Counted from the stretch's first letter, positions 24,556-35,948 are shown. The stretch: 45,069 bases of DNA from Hyphochytrium catenoides (GCA_900088475.1 FLMG01000909.1:1-45069); one strand, 5' to 3'. Numbers and translations: made by a program. The notes: generated from the letters alone by a model not told the origin.

Positions 24556-25480
24556 GTAGCGGAAGCGCCGTGTGATTGACTAATGAGAGAAGCCACGGCA
24601 CTGTAGAAGCCTGGAGAACCTGTTCACTTGAAAAGCGTGTACAAACGCGCTCTGTAACAGTCCATGGCGCGCGAGAACTGACCCCCAACATCTTCTACTA
24701 CCATGAATGCGTGGTGTTGTTGTTGAGTTAGTCGTCCCGATCATCACCACCGTCGTCTGATGTATGAATGCCCAACTCCAAAGGCGACGGCTCCTAAAGG
24801 AGCCTGGTCGACACCTGATGCCCGCCGTTTACTCATAAGGTCGCGTGCGAAGCCGAGGATGTGAGAAGCAGCGCCCGCCAGGCTTGCTCTCCATGGACCG
24901 ACAGGAGGCCGATGGCGGGCTGATGAGTGATGAGGAAGATCTGTCGTTGCGTTTCCTCATCGCTGGTACGAAGGTTACCATTAGAGTCTCCACACCTCCC
25001 CCATGACTGGGCCATCAGAACTCAGAAGTCTGAAACTTCAGAGTAGACTCTGGCGAAACCATCAAACTTACAGGTAGTCTACATCGACTTATATGATAAA
25101 TAAGAATACATCATCAGAAGAATAATGTCAGGCTCGCGACTAGGATTCGGGATTTGTATGATGGGCAACCCCTAATTGAGCTTGGGAGTGCGACAACGGA
25201 GACTGCAGGTCAACAAAGCAAAAGAGACCAAATTGCCATCGCAGTCGAAGATTTTATTGGATTTTTTTCGGGGGCTAGGCACTAGGCAGTTTATCTTGTA
25301 CAGCCCTCTGCCGGCCGTTCATCCCCTCTAGTCAGTCGCTAGGCGATTCATCCTCGGCTTTAACCTTTCGAATGGAGCGATAATAGCGACCTCCCTCCTC
25401 AACCTATTGCCGCCGGACGCCTTTAAGGGGCCAGTAAACTCCGTACCGGCCATCTTCGTCAAGGCGAGAACTTAGGAGCA

Positions 25481-28400
25481 ATGATTGCAATCAGCCATTA
25501 CCGATGCCGCAGGTTCCTGGCCGTTGGTATTCTGAGACAAGAAGCTTTATCTCGCTCTTCTGGCCCTCCATGTCAGGTAGGCAAGGAGGAGTGTTGAAAG
25601 GCCGATCCTGTGACTAGTCTAATCTGTCTCTTTCGTTATTCTCTCATATCGACCAAATACCGAAGGCGAGGATCGCTCTGTATGGTGAAGGTTGGCGTGT
25701 GGTCTCTTTGGCGGGGAAGAGGCAATGTCGTCGCCCTCTTTCATCTTCCTCTCAGAAGAGTTCCATCAACACCGAGGGCGTGGCCTTTGCGCTATCCCTT
25801 CCGGAGGCAGAAGAAGCCTTCCACAGGTTGCAGCCTGCCCCTGATCTGTCGTCTCTTCCTTCTCCTCCCTAATTTTGGCCTGTGGCTCTCTCCATATTCG
25901 CTCTCTCTTCGTCCTCCCTCTCTGATCTCTCTCCTCATCTCTCTTCCTCTTGCCAGAGGCTAAGCTGAACCATCAACCCTCGCACAACGTCGTCTGCAGT
26001 GCCTCCTGTTTGTGCGACATGCCTTCTGTCACTTTTTCATCTCGCAGGCTTCAGTCTCTCCCTTATATGTCGTCATCAATCCAACTTTCTCTATCCTCGT
26101 GCATATTGTCTCTTACGTTGTGTTCCCAGTGATGTGGACGCTCACTCTCTTTGTCCCTTAGGTGGTGTAAGAAGATGACTCCCTTCATAAAGAAGAGGAA
26201 GATAGAGCGTATTACTCCGGTCTATCTTCCTTTCTGGAGCTTTGAGGCCAACGTGGAGGTACGGAAGAGCATCAAAGATACTAGCAGAGGAAGCGTTACG
26301 GGGACAGAGGAGAAGGAGAAGGAGCGAGAGAATAGATAGGCACCAGTTAGCAGAAAGCTGCAAGACGTTAGTGACTGAGCCTCTGGTCCAGACAACTGTA
26401 GGAAGGAGGACGGAGCGAAGTGTGTTCTCTTTAAGAGGAGGAGACATTAAACAGATGCGGAGCGTTCTTCAGGTCTATGGAGGTCATACTTATCGCAGAG
26501 CTATGGTAGGGCGATCAGTTCTAGGCTATTCCACTGCTAGGGACTTCCTACTCGAGGAGACTTCTAGTCTTCCGTATCCCGACCGATGTGTGCCCCACCT
26601 GTTTATGTCCTCCCTTTCCTTACCTTTATCCTCACTCTCTTCGGTATCAATGAATAGCCTTCGTCTAATGGCCCTTTGTCTCCTGACCGTACTTCCCGAA
26701 TCTGTCGTCGTCTTAGCTGGAACCCATCAAGCCCTTTTTAGCCAGCCCTGGGCCAGCCTTCTCCGCTACCTTCCTCCATCTTCCGGGAGACAAATCGGGG
26801 TTCTCGATCGACATTGATCCCTGGACCATGTTTGAGACACTTGCCTGGCACCTCGTTGAGGAACAGATTAGACAGTATGCCCTCTCGCTTCTTCTACTAT
26901 CCTCCCTAATACTCCTGCTGCCAGTTCCCTCTTCATGGTCTTCTCACCAACGTAGCGTAGAACCTCCTTCATGCTCTTCTTTGATAGGCCCTAAGGTCAA
27001 CATACTCTTCGCATCCTCGCTAATGGCCTTTATCTTTCTTTTATCCTTGCTAAATAGGTGATCTCTATTGCGACATCTCTCTCTTTTCTTTCTCTCTGTC
27101 TTGTCATTTCTTTTAAGGTACGAGCAGCATAGAGTTAGGGAAGCTTATCTTCAGGCTCAGGCAGTTCCTCCACCGCCGTCCTCCATTACGGTGAGAGCCT
27201 TTAGGAGAAGGACCAGGCGGATATATGCACCTGCTTATTGCGTGGAGTACAAGCACATGAACAGATATTTTAGAGTTTTTGTGTCAGGTACTCATCCTAA
27301 ACCTCGCGCTTACTTGACTTCTGCCTTGGACATTGCCAATCGTTCTTACGGGCCTCCATCCGGATAATATGGTTACTCACTGGGTCTTAGCATTGTTGCA
27401 TGTTTTCTTTTCTCACTAATTGGCTCCTTTGCTAACCAAGCCCACAATGCACCGGCAGATGTATTTACTCATCTAGCTAGGCCTCACTTGTCTTCAATCT
27501 GCCTCACATTGGCTGTTATGCTAATAGTCCACGATCTCCTGCAGGATATTCGGGAGAAGCGTTTGGACTTCAGCAGCACGGAGTGATCCAAAGCTTCTTG
27601 GGGGCCATGCAGCGGACTTTCAGAAGTCTTCCATTCTTCCTCGCCTTCGTGCCGAGGCTTGTCTTGACTCCTTTCTTTGCTATTTCAAGTGTGGTTGCGG
27701 CATTTGTAAGAACGCTTCCGACCTTCTTCGTCTCCATCCTGTTTTATGATGGCCATACTACTTCGAAAGCCCACCTGTTCTCGGTCTTTCTTTCCTTCCC
27801 CCATCGTTCAGGTTTCTGTTGGGTGTCTATATCTCTTCTTTCGTCGCGGCTTCTTCGATTGTTTGTCTCGCTGTACTTGTCACCGCTTCCACGCTTTCTG
27901 ACAATATTAGTACTTATTTGTGCTATCCTTAGGGTTGGGCCGTGTTCAATAAGTATTCCGTGGTGGTGCGCCAGCGACTTTCTTTCCAAGAATGGAAGGA
28001 AACAAAGGAGAGAGAGATGCGCTTCCAAAGTCAGTATCCAGGAGAGGAATCATTCCAGAGGCATCAGGAAGAAACTGGTGCCGGATGGGGGTAAGTCTTT
28101 TTAGTCCTATCCGTTAAGCACGGCGACGTCGCTTTCTTTTGCCATGCCATACCGTCGTCTCTCACTTACATGTGGCTTCCTCTCTTAAGTCTACGCCTGT
28201 CTTTCCTTTCCTTGCTAAAAAGGACAGTACGCTTCGCACACGACACCTCTGCCTATACCGATCGTTAACTTGGGCTCGATTATGTAGCAGGCAAGAGAGA
28301 TACGAGAGTTATCAGCAGACACGAGAGCCACCGTATGGCAGGGCGGACAGTGGGACTAGGAGAAGAGAGGAAGAGAAGGTACCTGGGTCTCACCTATTTC

Positions 28401-29300
28401 TCCGTGGAACCGAGCATCAATTGAAAAAGGGAATAAATGAATGGCTGCGTGGACTCTAAATTTGTGGACAAGGCGGGAAGAGCTAGTCGTTATCTTTCCC
28501 CTCTTGATCCCCTTATGTTTCTCGCTCTCTCCCTCCACTCTAAACCTGTTGCGTTGTTTTTAAATGCGCCTTTACTCTCTTTCTTCCGTCGATTAGAGAC
28601 AGCAAGAGCGTCGTCGTATGGAGCTGGACGAAGAAGCCAGAAGGATGAGGGAAAGGAGGGAAAAAGCTCAAGCCAGGTGGAGAGAGCTAATTTCGTACTC
28701 TTTCTTGCTCTCTCTCTCCATCTATATCTCTGATACGGTACCTGTTATTTGTCTCGTTAATCTCCTTACCTTCCCGCCTGAACCGCTTTCATCTGTCTCA
28801 GAATCTATTAGGTTTGTCTTCACTACTTGCACTTGGTCCTGTTCTTGACTTCTCTTTTCTCTCTGTCTCCAGTGGTGAGCGCTATGACCCGAAGGACCAC
28901 TATAGAATGCTGGGCGTTAGTTCCACTGCCACCACGGACGAGGTCAAGAAAGCTTTCCGCCGTGAAGTAATGAAGGTCTGAGCTCTCAGCCTCTCTCTCT
29001 CTCCTTTTCCATGGAGGCTACTCGTCTCTGCGGCTTTCTTACGTGCTAACCTCTCAGCCTCTTTTGACCTGTCGCCTGTCTCACTCCGTTTCGTTGGCCT
29101 CTCTACAGTGGCATCCAGATATGCAGGAGAGAGGAATAGGAAACGTGGCGTACGCAGAAGAGAGGACAAAACACATCCTCCACAGCTATAACATCTTAAG
29201 AGACCCAAAGAAGAGAGAGGAGTACGATAGAGAGAGAAGTGCTCAGCAAGAGCAAAGCAAAGGAAAGTCTTCCTGGCCCTTCTCCGCCAAAGGTTGGTAG
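25481..29300 (+). CDS. DnaJ (C-terminal J-domain) protein with a basic N-terminal presequence-like region, an uncharacterised YLPFW-motif domain and a probable transmembrane segment
   Basis: Spliced exons give MIAISHYRCRRFLAVGILRQ..., AFALSLPEAEEAFHRW, ITPVYLPFWSFEANVE, QVYGGHTYRR, IDPWTMFE, YAPAYCVEYKHMNRYFRVFVSGYSGEAFG, a hydrophobic stretch LPFFLAFVPRLVLTPFFAISSVVAAFGWAVF, a charged linker, then DHYRMLGVSSTATTDEVKKAFRREVMK|WHPD...YNILRDPKKREEYD. Stop TAG at 29298-29300. Confidence 0.85.
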
Positions 29301-29707
29301 TTAGCGGAAGGTGGTCGCGAAAGCAAAGACAGAGAAAGAAGACAGAGCGCAGTGGTAAGCATACATATTTATTCTGCAGGCAAGTGGCATATGGTTACTG
29401 TCTGTCCTTCCATGAGAAGAACACCGTAACTTATAAAAAGAAATATTCAAAGGAGAGTGACGAGAGGAGAGGAGATTTTGCACGGCCACCACAATTCTTT
29501 GGAAGCTAGACAAGATAAAATAGCAGAATAACCCAAGAAGAGAGAGAAACAGAGGAGGGAGAGAGAGAGAGAGTTATAGAGTCGTAGCGTTGCATTGAGA
29601 ACCATAAGGAGCAGATTAGAAATGCCCCCCGATAACCTTAGAGATAGGCAGCGGGGAATAGGCGACTGCAGGCTGGGGTGCTAGCAGCTAGATTTCGGGG
29701 AAGCGTT

Positions 29708-30760
29708 CTATCTAGTTGGGCTGACAGGAACCTGCATCTCGAAGATGTCTAGGTCTCCCTCATGCTTCACTAGGGATTCGAGAGGGAACCAAGAGAAAAG
29801 ACTACATTAGAATGCGGGCGAGGCGAGAGGTGAAAGACCACAGGTATGAGCAGGAACGTTGACCCAGTGAAAGAGGACTAGGTCAGTTTGGTAGAGGTAA
29901 TCCAGTGTATGTTCTCACCTGACATTGTCACGTCCGCCCCATCAACGACCTTGATGTGCTTCTACTCAAGGATAGGTCAACGTGACGCCCGAAGGCAAAG
30001 AGGGAGAGAGAAGCTTTAATGGGAAGATAAAGACAAAGGATAATACAATGGAAGGAGCCAGGGAAAGTCTAATCAGACGTCAAGCAAATCTAATAACGCT
30101 GCGTCAAATACAGTCGATTCGCATCGACATGGGAAACGGGCCACAAAGCGTGGCTTCACCTTGACATAGGTAGCCAGAATCAGTGAACTCAAGGGTAAAA
30201 AGTAAGGCTGTACTGGTGACCGTAGAGAGAAACAAAGGATGCTGCAATATCTAAGGAGATAGTCGGCAAGGAAGTGTTGACAAAGATCAGAGGAAGGCTT
30301 TACCTGTACGATCTGTAAAAGCTCCTGCTGTAGGCTGGACATATCAACCGCAGAAAGCACCTGTGAGCCTCGTTGCTGTGCGAGGATGATCTGCAGTCGT
30401 TCCCGAGCAACATCCCGCGTTGATTTCTAATGAAAAATAAAGGCAAGAGAGTGGACAGCAGGGAGTGAGGAGGAGGTGATGAGAAGAGATGACAGACCAT
30501 CTCCCACAAGGGATCCTCGAAGAAACGCAAAGCGTACGAGAGAGGCAGAGATCCTAGAACAGACAAGGAGTTTCCGGGAAGCGGCTCATAGGAGGTACTT
30601 AGCCTAGCAGGAGAAGCCTAGTAGCGGCACAAACCAAAGAGAGGAAGAGGATGACAAGAGAAATACGGAAGGTCTACGAAGAGCATGCCATTGATGGCAG
30701 AGGTTCGGTCGATACGACAGGTTGAGTTAATATGTCAAATTGTGGCAGGTCTAACCTCAT
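29708..30760 (-). CDS. minE: MinE cell-division topological specificity factor, bacterial type, nucleus-encoded, probably mitochondrial (about 92 aa, 5 exons)
   Basis: Exons 30760-30756, 30553-30508, 30426-30304, 29961-29919 and 29769-29708 (all GT-AG, phase-consistent) translate to MRISASLVRFAFLRGSLKSTRDVARERLQIILAQQRGSQVLSAVDMSSLQQELLQIVQKHIKVVDGADVTMSVKHEGDLDIFEMQVPVSPTR*. This parallels E. coli MinE throughout (KNTANIAKERLQIIVAERR; LRKDILEVICKYVQID; GDISILELNVTLP). The first two exons are less certain than the last three. Confidence 0.88.
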
Positions 30761-31680
30761 GCTTGACTGAAAGTCCAGGCAGGGAGCTTTGGAATGCTCT
30801 AAGCCTCTGAACCAGCCTTCCTGCCATAGTCTGTCCCGTCTATTTTGAGTAAAGCCGGAATACTGCTCCTCCTAGAGCTCGATCACCACCGCCCACAAGC
30901 TTGAATATCTCAAACCCACAACGTGTCTCCGATCTCTTACTTTCACTATTGTATATTACGGGTAGGGAGCGAGTAAAGTCTTCGGAAGGTAGGGGACTCT
31001 TAGTTGGAGTTCTTGGCTGTCTTTTGTGAAGGGTGCGCAGAGATGCAGAGGCTCGAAGATAGAAAGTGGAGAAAGTCTTTTTGACATGAGCTTGGTCTTC
31101 AATTCATTCGCAGCGGTATCACCCGCGCACTCTGTCTTACGTAACACTATCGGTCTATATCTACTGATCATACCTCGTAAGGACTCTGTCTAGTTATGGT
31201 GAACTGCCTTCATTCTCTGATACCGATTGTCGCACCCTTCACAACAAAAGATCTGTCAAACGAGAAAAGAGCGCTGTACATTTGGAAATCAGCGTACAAT
31301 CTTGGGGACGGCTGTTCATTATCTGGGATAAAGTGCAAGTAATGCTTTCTTTAACTGGAATCGAAAGACGGTTATTTCCAATTGCGAATGATGGCAACTC
31401 GTGCCTCGTAATTTCGATTTTTATCGGAATTGAATTACGAAAGGAAATCACAATAGAGACCCAAACAGGAACAGGAAAGGCGATGCAGACCTCCAGATTT
31501 TTTGAAGATGAAGCTTATTGGAACTTCGTTTATAATGAAAAGCCAACCCGCTGTCAACATTATACCTATAAAACCTTTATTAGCTGTAACCGGAAAGGAT
31601 TTGGGTACATTATCTATTATGTAGGGTTCCCAAGACAAAGCTTGATGTCCTGAATGTCGGCTAGCCCGCTAAGCGCTTAA

Positions 31681-32859
31681 ATGATGAGCGACCCTCCAGA
31701 CAGGACCATACTCATGCGAGAAGAAGACTACAATAAAGACAGCTCTTTTGAGTCTATAGATGACGATGAGCGCAACGAAGCGGATAAAGTACAGCTTCAT
31801 CGTTTCCCGTCAGCACTTGACCCTGAGGCCTATTCCTCAGACTTCACAACTGGGGACGATCAGGACTATTGTTCTGAAGACTTCACTAATGATGAGAAGG
31901 AAGCGGTAAAAGAGGTTGAAGACGGGAGAGATGTTCTTTACTTTTTCCCGCTTAGCTGCCGATCAAGCAATTTTAACGTGAACAATGAAACTGAAGAGGA
32001 AAAGCAAGCGGCATTGGATGTGGCGAGTGAGGAGGGACCCGTTCCACGCTCTGATGTGAGCTCTTCGTCCTCACAGGCTTCCAGAGCAGGAATGGCATCC
32101 CAGTGCACGTCTCCATCCCCACTTCCTCCTACTAATCAGTTGGTCTCGGAAACTCTTCCGTCTCTCCATACGTCGGCGCTTTCCTCTCTGTCAGCCTCTA
32201 CACTTTCTTCTCTGACGGAGAAACTGTCCAGGTCGAAACAGATATCCCAAAAGCCAGCACAGAGAGGAATGAACGAGATCCAGCTGCTAGATAAAGACCC
32301 AATACTGGCCACGTTGGACTTCTCTCCTTGGCTTGAAAAGTTGAGGTTGCGCCAGTACAGAGAGGAAAGAGAAACACCTCATGATACAAGGTGTCATTCC
32401 GCTTCTACCACTCGCATGCCTCCCCCAAACCAAAGCCCATTTAACTATTTAGCGGAAAAAGAAAGAGTAGCGTCTCTCAGCCAAGTAAAAGTAGGTCATG
32501 GCTTGATGGAGAGGCTGCGCACAGCGAACTTGTTAGCAGAAATGAAGCGGTTTCTTCTACCCAGTCCCGCATCGTCACTTCCGCAGCGAGTGTCGCATGA
32601 AACAGGCCGACAGAGAGAAGAAGAGGGTAGGAGTGACGGGGAAAGGAGGAATGAGGGCCAAGAGATTCTCCTTCGCTTTCAGCGGTTAACTGTCTACAAG
32701 CTGCGTTCTCGGCTAGAGTCCTCTTGGGCGCAAAAAGTCTCCACGCGGGAGGCTCACATTCGTTCACTTTTCTTTACAACTGAAGATGCTGTGAGGCCGA
32801 TCAGAGCCTTTCGTGAGAAAGAACTAGCGAGCAAAGGGGAAGAGAAAAGCCAGAAGTAG
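31681..32859 (+). CDS. Hypothetical protein, 392 aa, single exon
   Basis: Longest uninterrupted ORF in the window, with an ATG start. Acidic N-terminus, Ser/Pro-rich middle, basic and probably helical C-terminus. No family recognised. Confidence 0.7.
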   Translation: MMSDPPDRTILMREEDYNKDSSFESIDDDERNEADKVQLHRFPSALDPEAYSSDFTTGDDQDYCSEDFTNDEKEAVKEVEDGRDVLYFFPLSCRSSNFNVNNETEEEKQAALDVASEEGPVPRSDVSSSSSQASRAGMASQCTSPSPLPPTNQLVSETLPSLHTSALSSLSASTLSSLTEKLSRSKQISQKPAQRGMNEIQLLDKDPILATLDFSPWLEKLRLRQYREERETPHDTRCHSASTTRMPPPNQSPFNYLAEKERVASLSQVKVGHGLMERLRTANLLAEMKRFLLPSPASSLPQRVSHETGRQREEEGRSDGERRNEGQEILLRFQRLTVYKLRSRLESSWAQKVSTREAHIRSLFFTTEDAVRPIRAFREKELASKGEEKSQK

Positions 32860-33233
32860 TCGGCAACCCGGTGGGTTAGGAAAGCGAAAGAAGATTGCAT
32901 TGAAGTGGAGACGATCCAGTAACTTATCAGCACCCTTCAACTTCTGATCAACAACAAGGCCTCCACGTGATGCGCTTCCTGCTCTCAAGGAGATGGAACC
33001 AATTTCTCAGCCCATTCTGCCTGTCAATGCTTCCTTCTGCAACGCTACATCTCGCTGCAACTCTGACTGCTCCACCGTTACATATGAACTTCTGATTCAG
33101 CGGGAGGTTATATCACTGGGGCATGCTTTTTCTCGTTAGCTGTAGAAATAAATAGGCGGATCAGCTTTTAGAAAGGACAGCTGCAATAAGAGGGTCCGAG
33201 AAGTTGATAAGCCTGAGGAATGAGCTTGCGCGC

Positions 33234-34967
33234 TCAGGCAGCCGGCGGGCAGGTGTCTTCATACTTCTGCACTAACAGACTGAGCTCCCAGTCCACGCTG
33301 CTCAGCAGCTCTTCCATTGTCGAGGAACATGAAAGCAGCCTCTCACGAGCAAGTCCATCCTGCTCTTTTAAGCTCTGCATTACTCGTGACAAAGCTAGCA
33401 CCTATTAGCAAATGGATGTTAGCCCATTCAAGGCACTCAGCTTGTATAAGATGTGAAGTGCACAGATACATGATTCACAAAGTAGAACGACGTCTCTGGT
33501 CCGAGAACGACCGGTAGCGTGGCATGTCCAAGAGAGAAAATCGAGAGTCACATCGTCCGGTACCTGTTCCACTCTCTCCCCGGCCTTGGCGAAGAAAGAA
33601 GAGAGCTCAAGATTCATCCGTTCCAGCTCCTTTTTCATGGACTCAACGTCGAACTCTGCACCTATCACGGGCAACACGTGGAACGAGTGTTCAAGAGCGG
33701 GCAGCAGTTGCATCTGCTGTTCCTTGTGTCTCTCTAACAGCTTGATTATGGACTGCAGGTTGTCCAGCTTCATAGATTGAAAGAGGTGAGAAGACGCTTA
33801 GAAAGCGGATGTCGTTCACAAGGTTGCAAAAGATTGGGAAACAGGCATAGTGATGCTGTTCAACAGACGAGGAGAACCAGATCTAGGGAGGTTGGACTGT
33901 CTTTCAAAGGAACCTATTTTTTTTTGAGCTGAAGGGGCAAACAGGGAGATCAAGCTTGGTCGGGCACATGGGTGCGTCCAATACCTGCTGATCAATTAGG
34001 CGATTGACTCTTAGTACGTGCTTCAACGAGTCCAATCTCATCTCCTGCTCATGCGCCGCCTGGGACCGAACCTGCAGCTCATTCCAAACGCTAAACAGGG
34101 CCTTCTGCGGGGAGGATGACAGCCAAGAGGAAGAGCGTTAGAGTTAGATACGACACACCATCTCAACAGAACCAAGAGGGTAAGGAGCAGAGATGAACAA
34201 GAAAACCAGCGACATTGAAAATGCCCGGTTAGAAAGCCATAAAGTAAGAGGAATCTGCTAGGTGCGATAATGATGCAAGATTCTACGGCGGGTACGTCTC
34301 TGTAGAAAGCACAGCACACTGACNNNNNNNNNNNNNNNNNNNNNNATGCCAAAGAAGAAGAGCTTGAAGGTGCCGTTGTTCCCAGTCGCTCCCCAACGTT
34401 TTCTTTTCCCTTCCTTGATGGTCCAGTCTGTTTGCAACTGTCAGTTACATTGGGGCGGGCCCTAGGACTGGCGCTTCTGTTCCGAACGGAGGAGTACTGA
34501 GACCTGGAAGCTGCTGCCGACGCTTCCGGTTGGACCTTCCGAGACGACAAAGAGATAGAGTCTGGACGACGTGGCGTGCTGTAGAGGCGACTGGGCACCT
34601 GCACCAAGGTCTGATGAGATCCTCGTTTGGCGACTGTCTTAGCGGAGGACGAAGATGGGGATGGTGCCTGGCCACGAAGGAGCGAAGAACCAGCTGCACT
34701 AGACACACGTGAGGACCGATCCGGAGTCGGCTTTGCTTTTTTCTTGGACTCCAAGTAAAGTCGTAATCGCTCTCTCGCTGTCGTTTCTCCGCTGCTACAT
34801 CCTGCAGAATTTTCTATACCTGAAGAGGTCGTCGTGGCAACAGACGGCTTCAGGCGAGGTGTGGCTGCTACTCCACCTGCATTTCTGGCATTAGGAGGCC
34901 TTGTACCTTGCCCCAATGCGGTTGTGGGAGGTGGAGATGGTGTCTTCTGCATTTTGCTTGGTTGCAT
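33234..34967 (-). CDS. QWRF-family / HAUS8 (augmin subunit 8)-like protein, interrupted by an assembly gap
   Basis: Basic Ser/Arg/Pro-rich disordered N-terminal exon. After the N-gap, spliced coiled-coil exons read VWNELQVRSQAAHEQEMRLDSLKHVLRVNRLIDQQ / ...LLPALEHSFHVLPVIGAEFDVESMKKELERM... / ...LLSCSSTMEELLSSVDWELSLLVQ, which resemble the QWRF/AUG8 C-terminal pattern (LPV.GA..D; E.SL..Q). The QWRF motif itself was not seen and may lie in the gap. Confidence 0.6.
34324..34345. other. Assembly gap (N run) inside the QWRF/HAUS8-like gene
   Basis: Run of 22 n. Confidence 0.99.
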
Positions 34968-35556
34968 TCACAAAGGGCGCCCATGCGCGCCCTGTGCGAG
35001 AGATCTAACACGCAGTTTTAAGGGAGAAGCGCAATGGTCGTAACTGCTCCTTAGTGCTTTGGGCAGATATTGCCGTCGTCCTTATGACTCATGTCCGCCG
35101 GAAAGATGTGTATCTCTCTCTATTGTTAGTTACTACGAAGCCAAGAGGTAAGCTTCAATGGCTCTGCGTTCGCGCCAAGCATCGTCTATATGGCCACTGT
35201 CAAAGCACCCCCTGAACCGTGAACCGCACAAGAAGTTTACCGTCTATCTAGGGTACGCCTGCAGCGCTATCTGCTAGTGTCTTTCCTGGGAATGAGAAAT
35301 ATCGGCCTCTCTTTTGCTCGTCAAAGACGTTGGCCGCCCTGAACATCAAGCCATTGATCTTCACTATTTTAGAGCCGCTCTTAGTGAAGCTTCGCGCGAA
35401 AAAAAGCCCGCCAATAAGAGTTCGAAATAACGGGAGACTATGCTAAAATCAAGCTGCTTTTATTCAGGATCCTCACGCAGCTGGTAATTTGCCAAACACC
35501 ACAAGAAATCCAAAATAACTCCGAGATTTGGGTAGACCTTCTCCATGGTGATGACC

Positions 35557-35606
35557 CACTACCGCAACTATCAATTTCGGACACTACCGCAACTATCAAT
35601 TTCGGA
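35557..35606. repeat. Perfect 25-bp tandem duplication (cactaccgcaactatcaatttcgga x2)
   Basis: 35557-35581 is identical to 35582-35606. It lies in the divergent intergenic region. Confidence 0.95.
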
Positions 35607-35948
35607 GTTTCTGGTGTGGTGGTGCAGATTTACGGGGCAACAGAGTTTGAGATCCGATGATCTCTGTCTAAGCTTTCTCAAGATTTTCTGAATATCAGAG
35701 CAATTAGACGGCGTGGATAAGTAGAAGCTGTGTAGGGCCGTTGTGATTCACAGCCTTCTTGTTCGCTTTTATGCTCTGGGTTGAGTCTGATTGTTACTTG
35801 ACATATTGTATAGGAGGCGCTGTGTGTAGAAGTGTGAGTATCTTACACCCAAAGCCAAATAACCTTTCCTGAGAAAGCACATAACCTAGCGCTGTGCTTG
35901 GTGTCAATTTAGCTTCTAGCGCCCAAACGTGATACATCTGCTGCAAGG

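Noticed and set aside
24105-24691. Overlapping ORFs on both strands that share a peptide motif
   Set aside because: Explained by the inverted repeat. No recognisable transposase or other domain.
30160-30250. Possible extra exon inside minE intron 3 (flanked by ag and gt)
   Set aside because: It is 91 nt long, so inclusion shifts the frame to a premature stop. Joining 30304 directly to 29961 gives the MinE-like alignment.
31239-31653. AT-richer stretch with a 123-aa ORF, considered as a foreign insert or OTU-like fragment (IANDGNSC)
   Set aside because: Non-ATG start and no convincing motif set. Similar AT-richer patches occur upstream of other genes here (about 15050, 25100 and 35450), so it is more likely promoter DNA.
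35557-35606. CRISPR-like direct repeat
   Set aside because: Only two abutting copies with no spacer, no cas genes, and a eukaryotic context.
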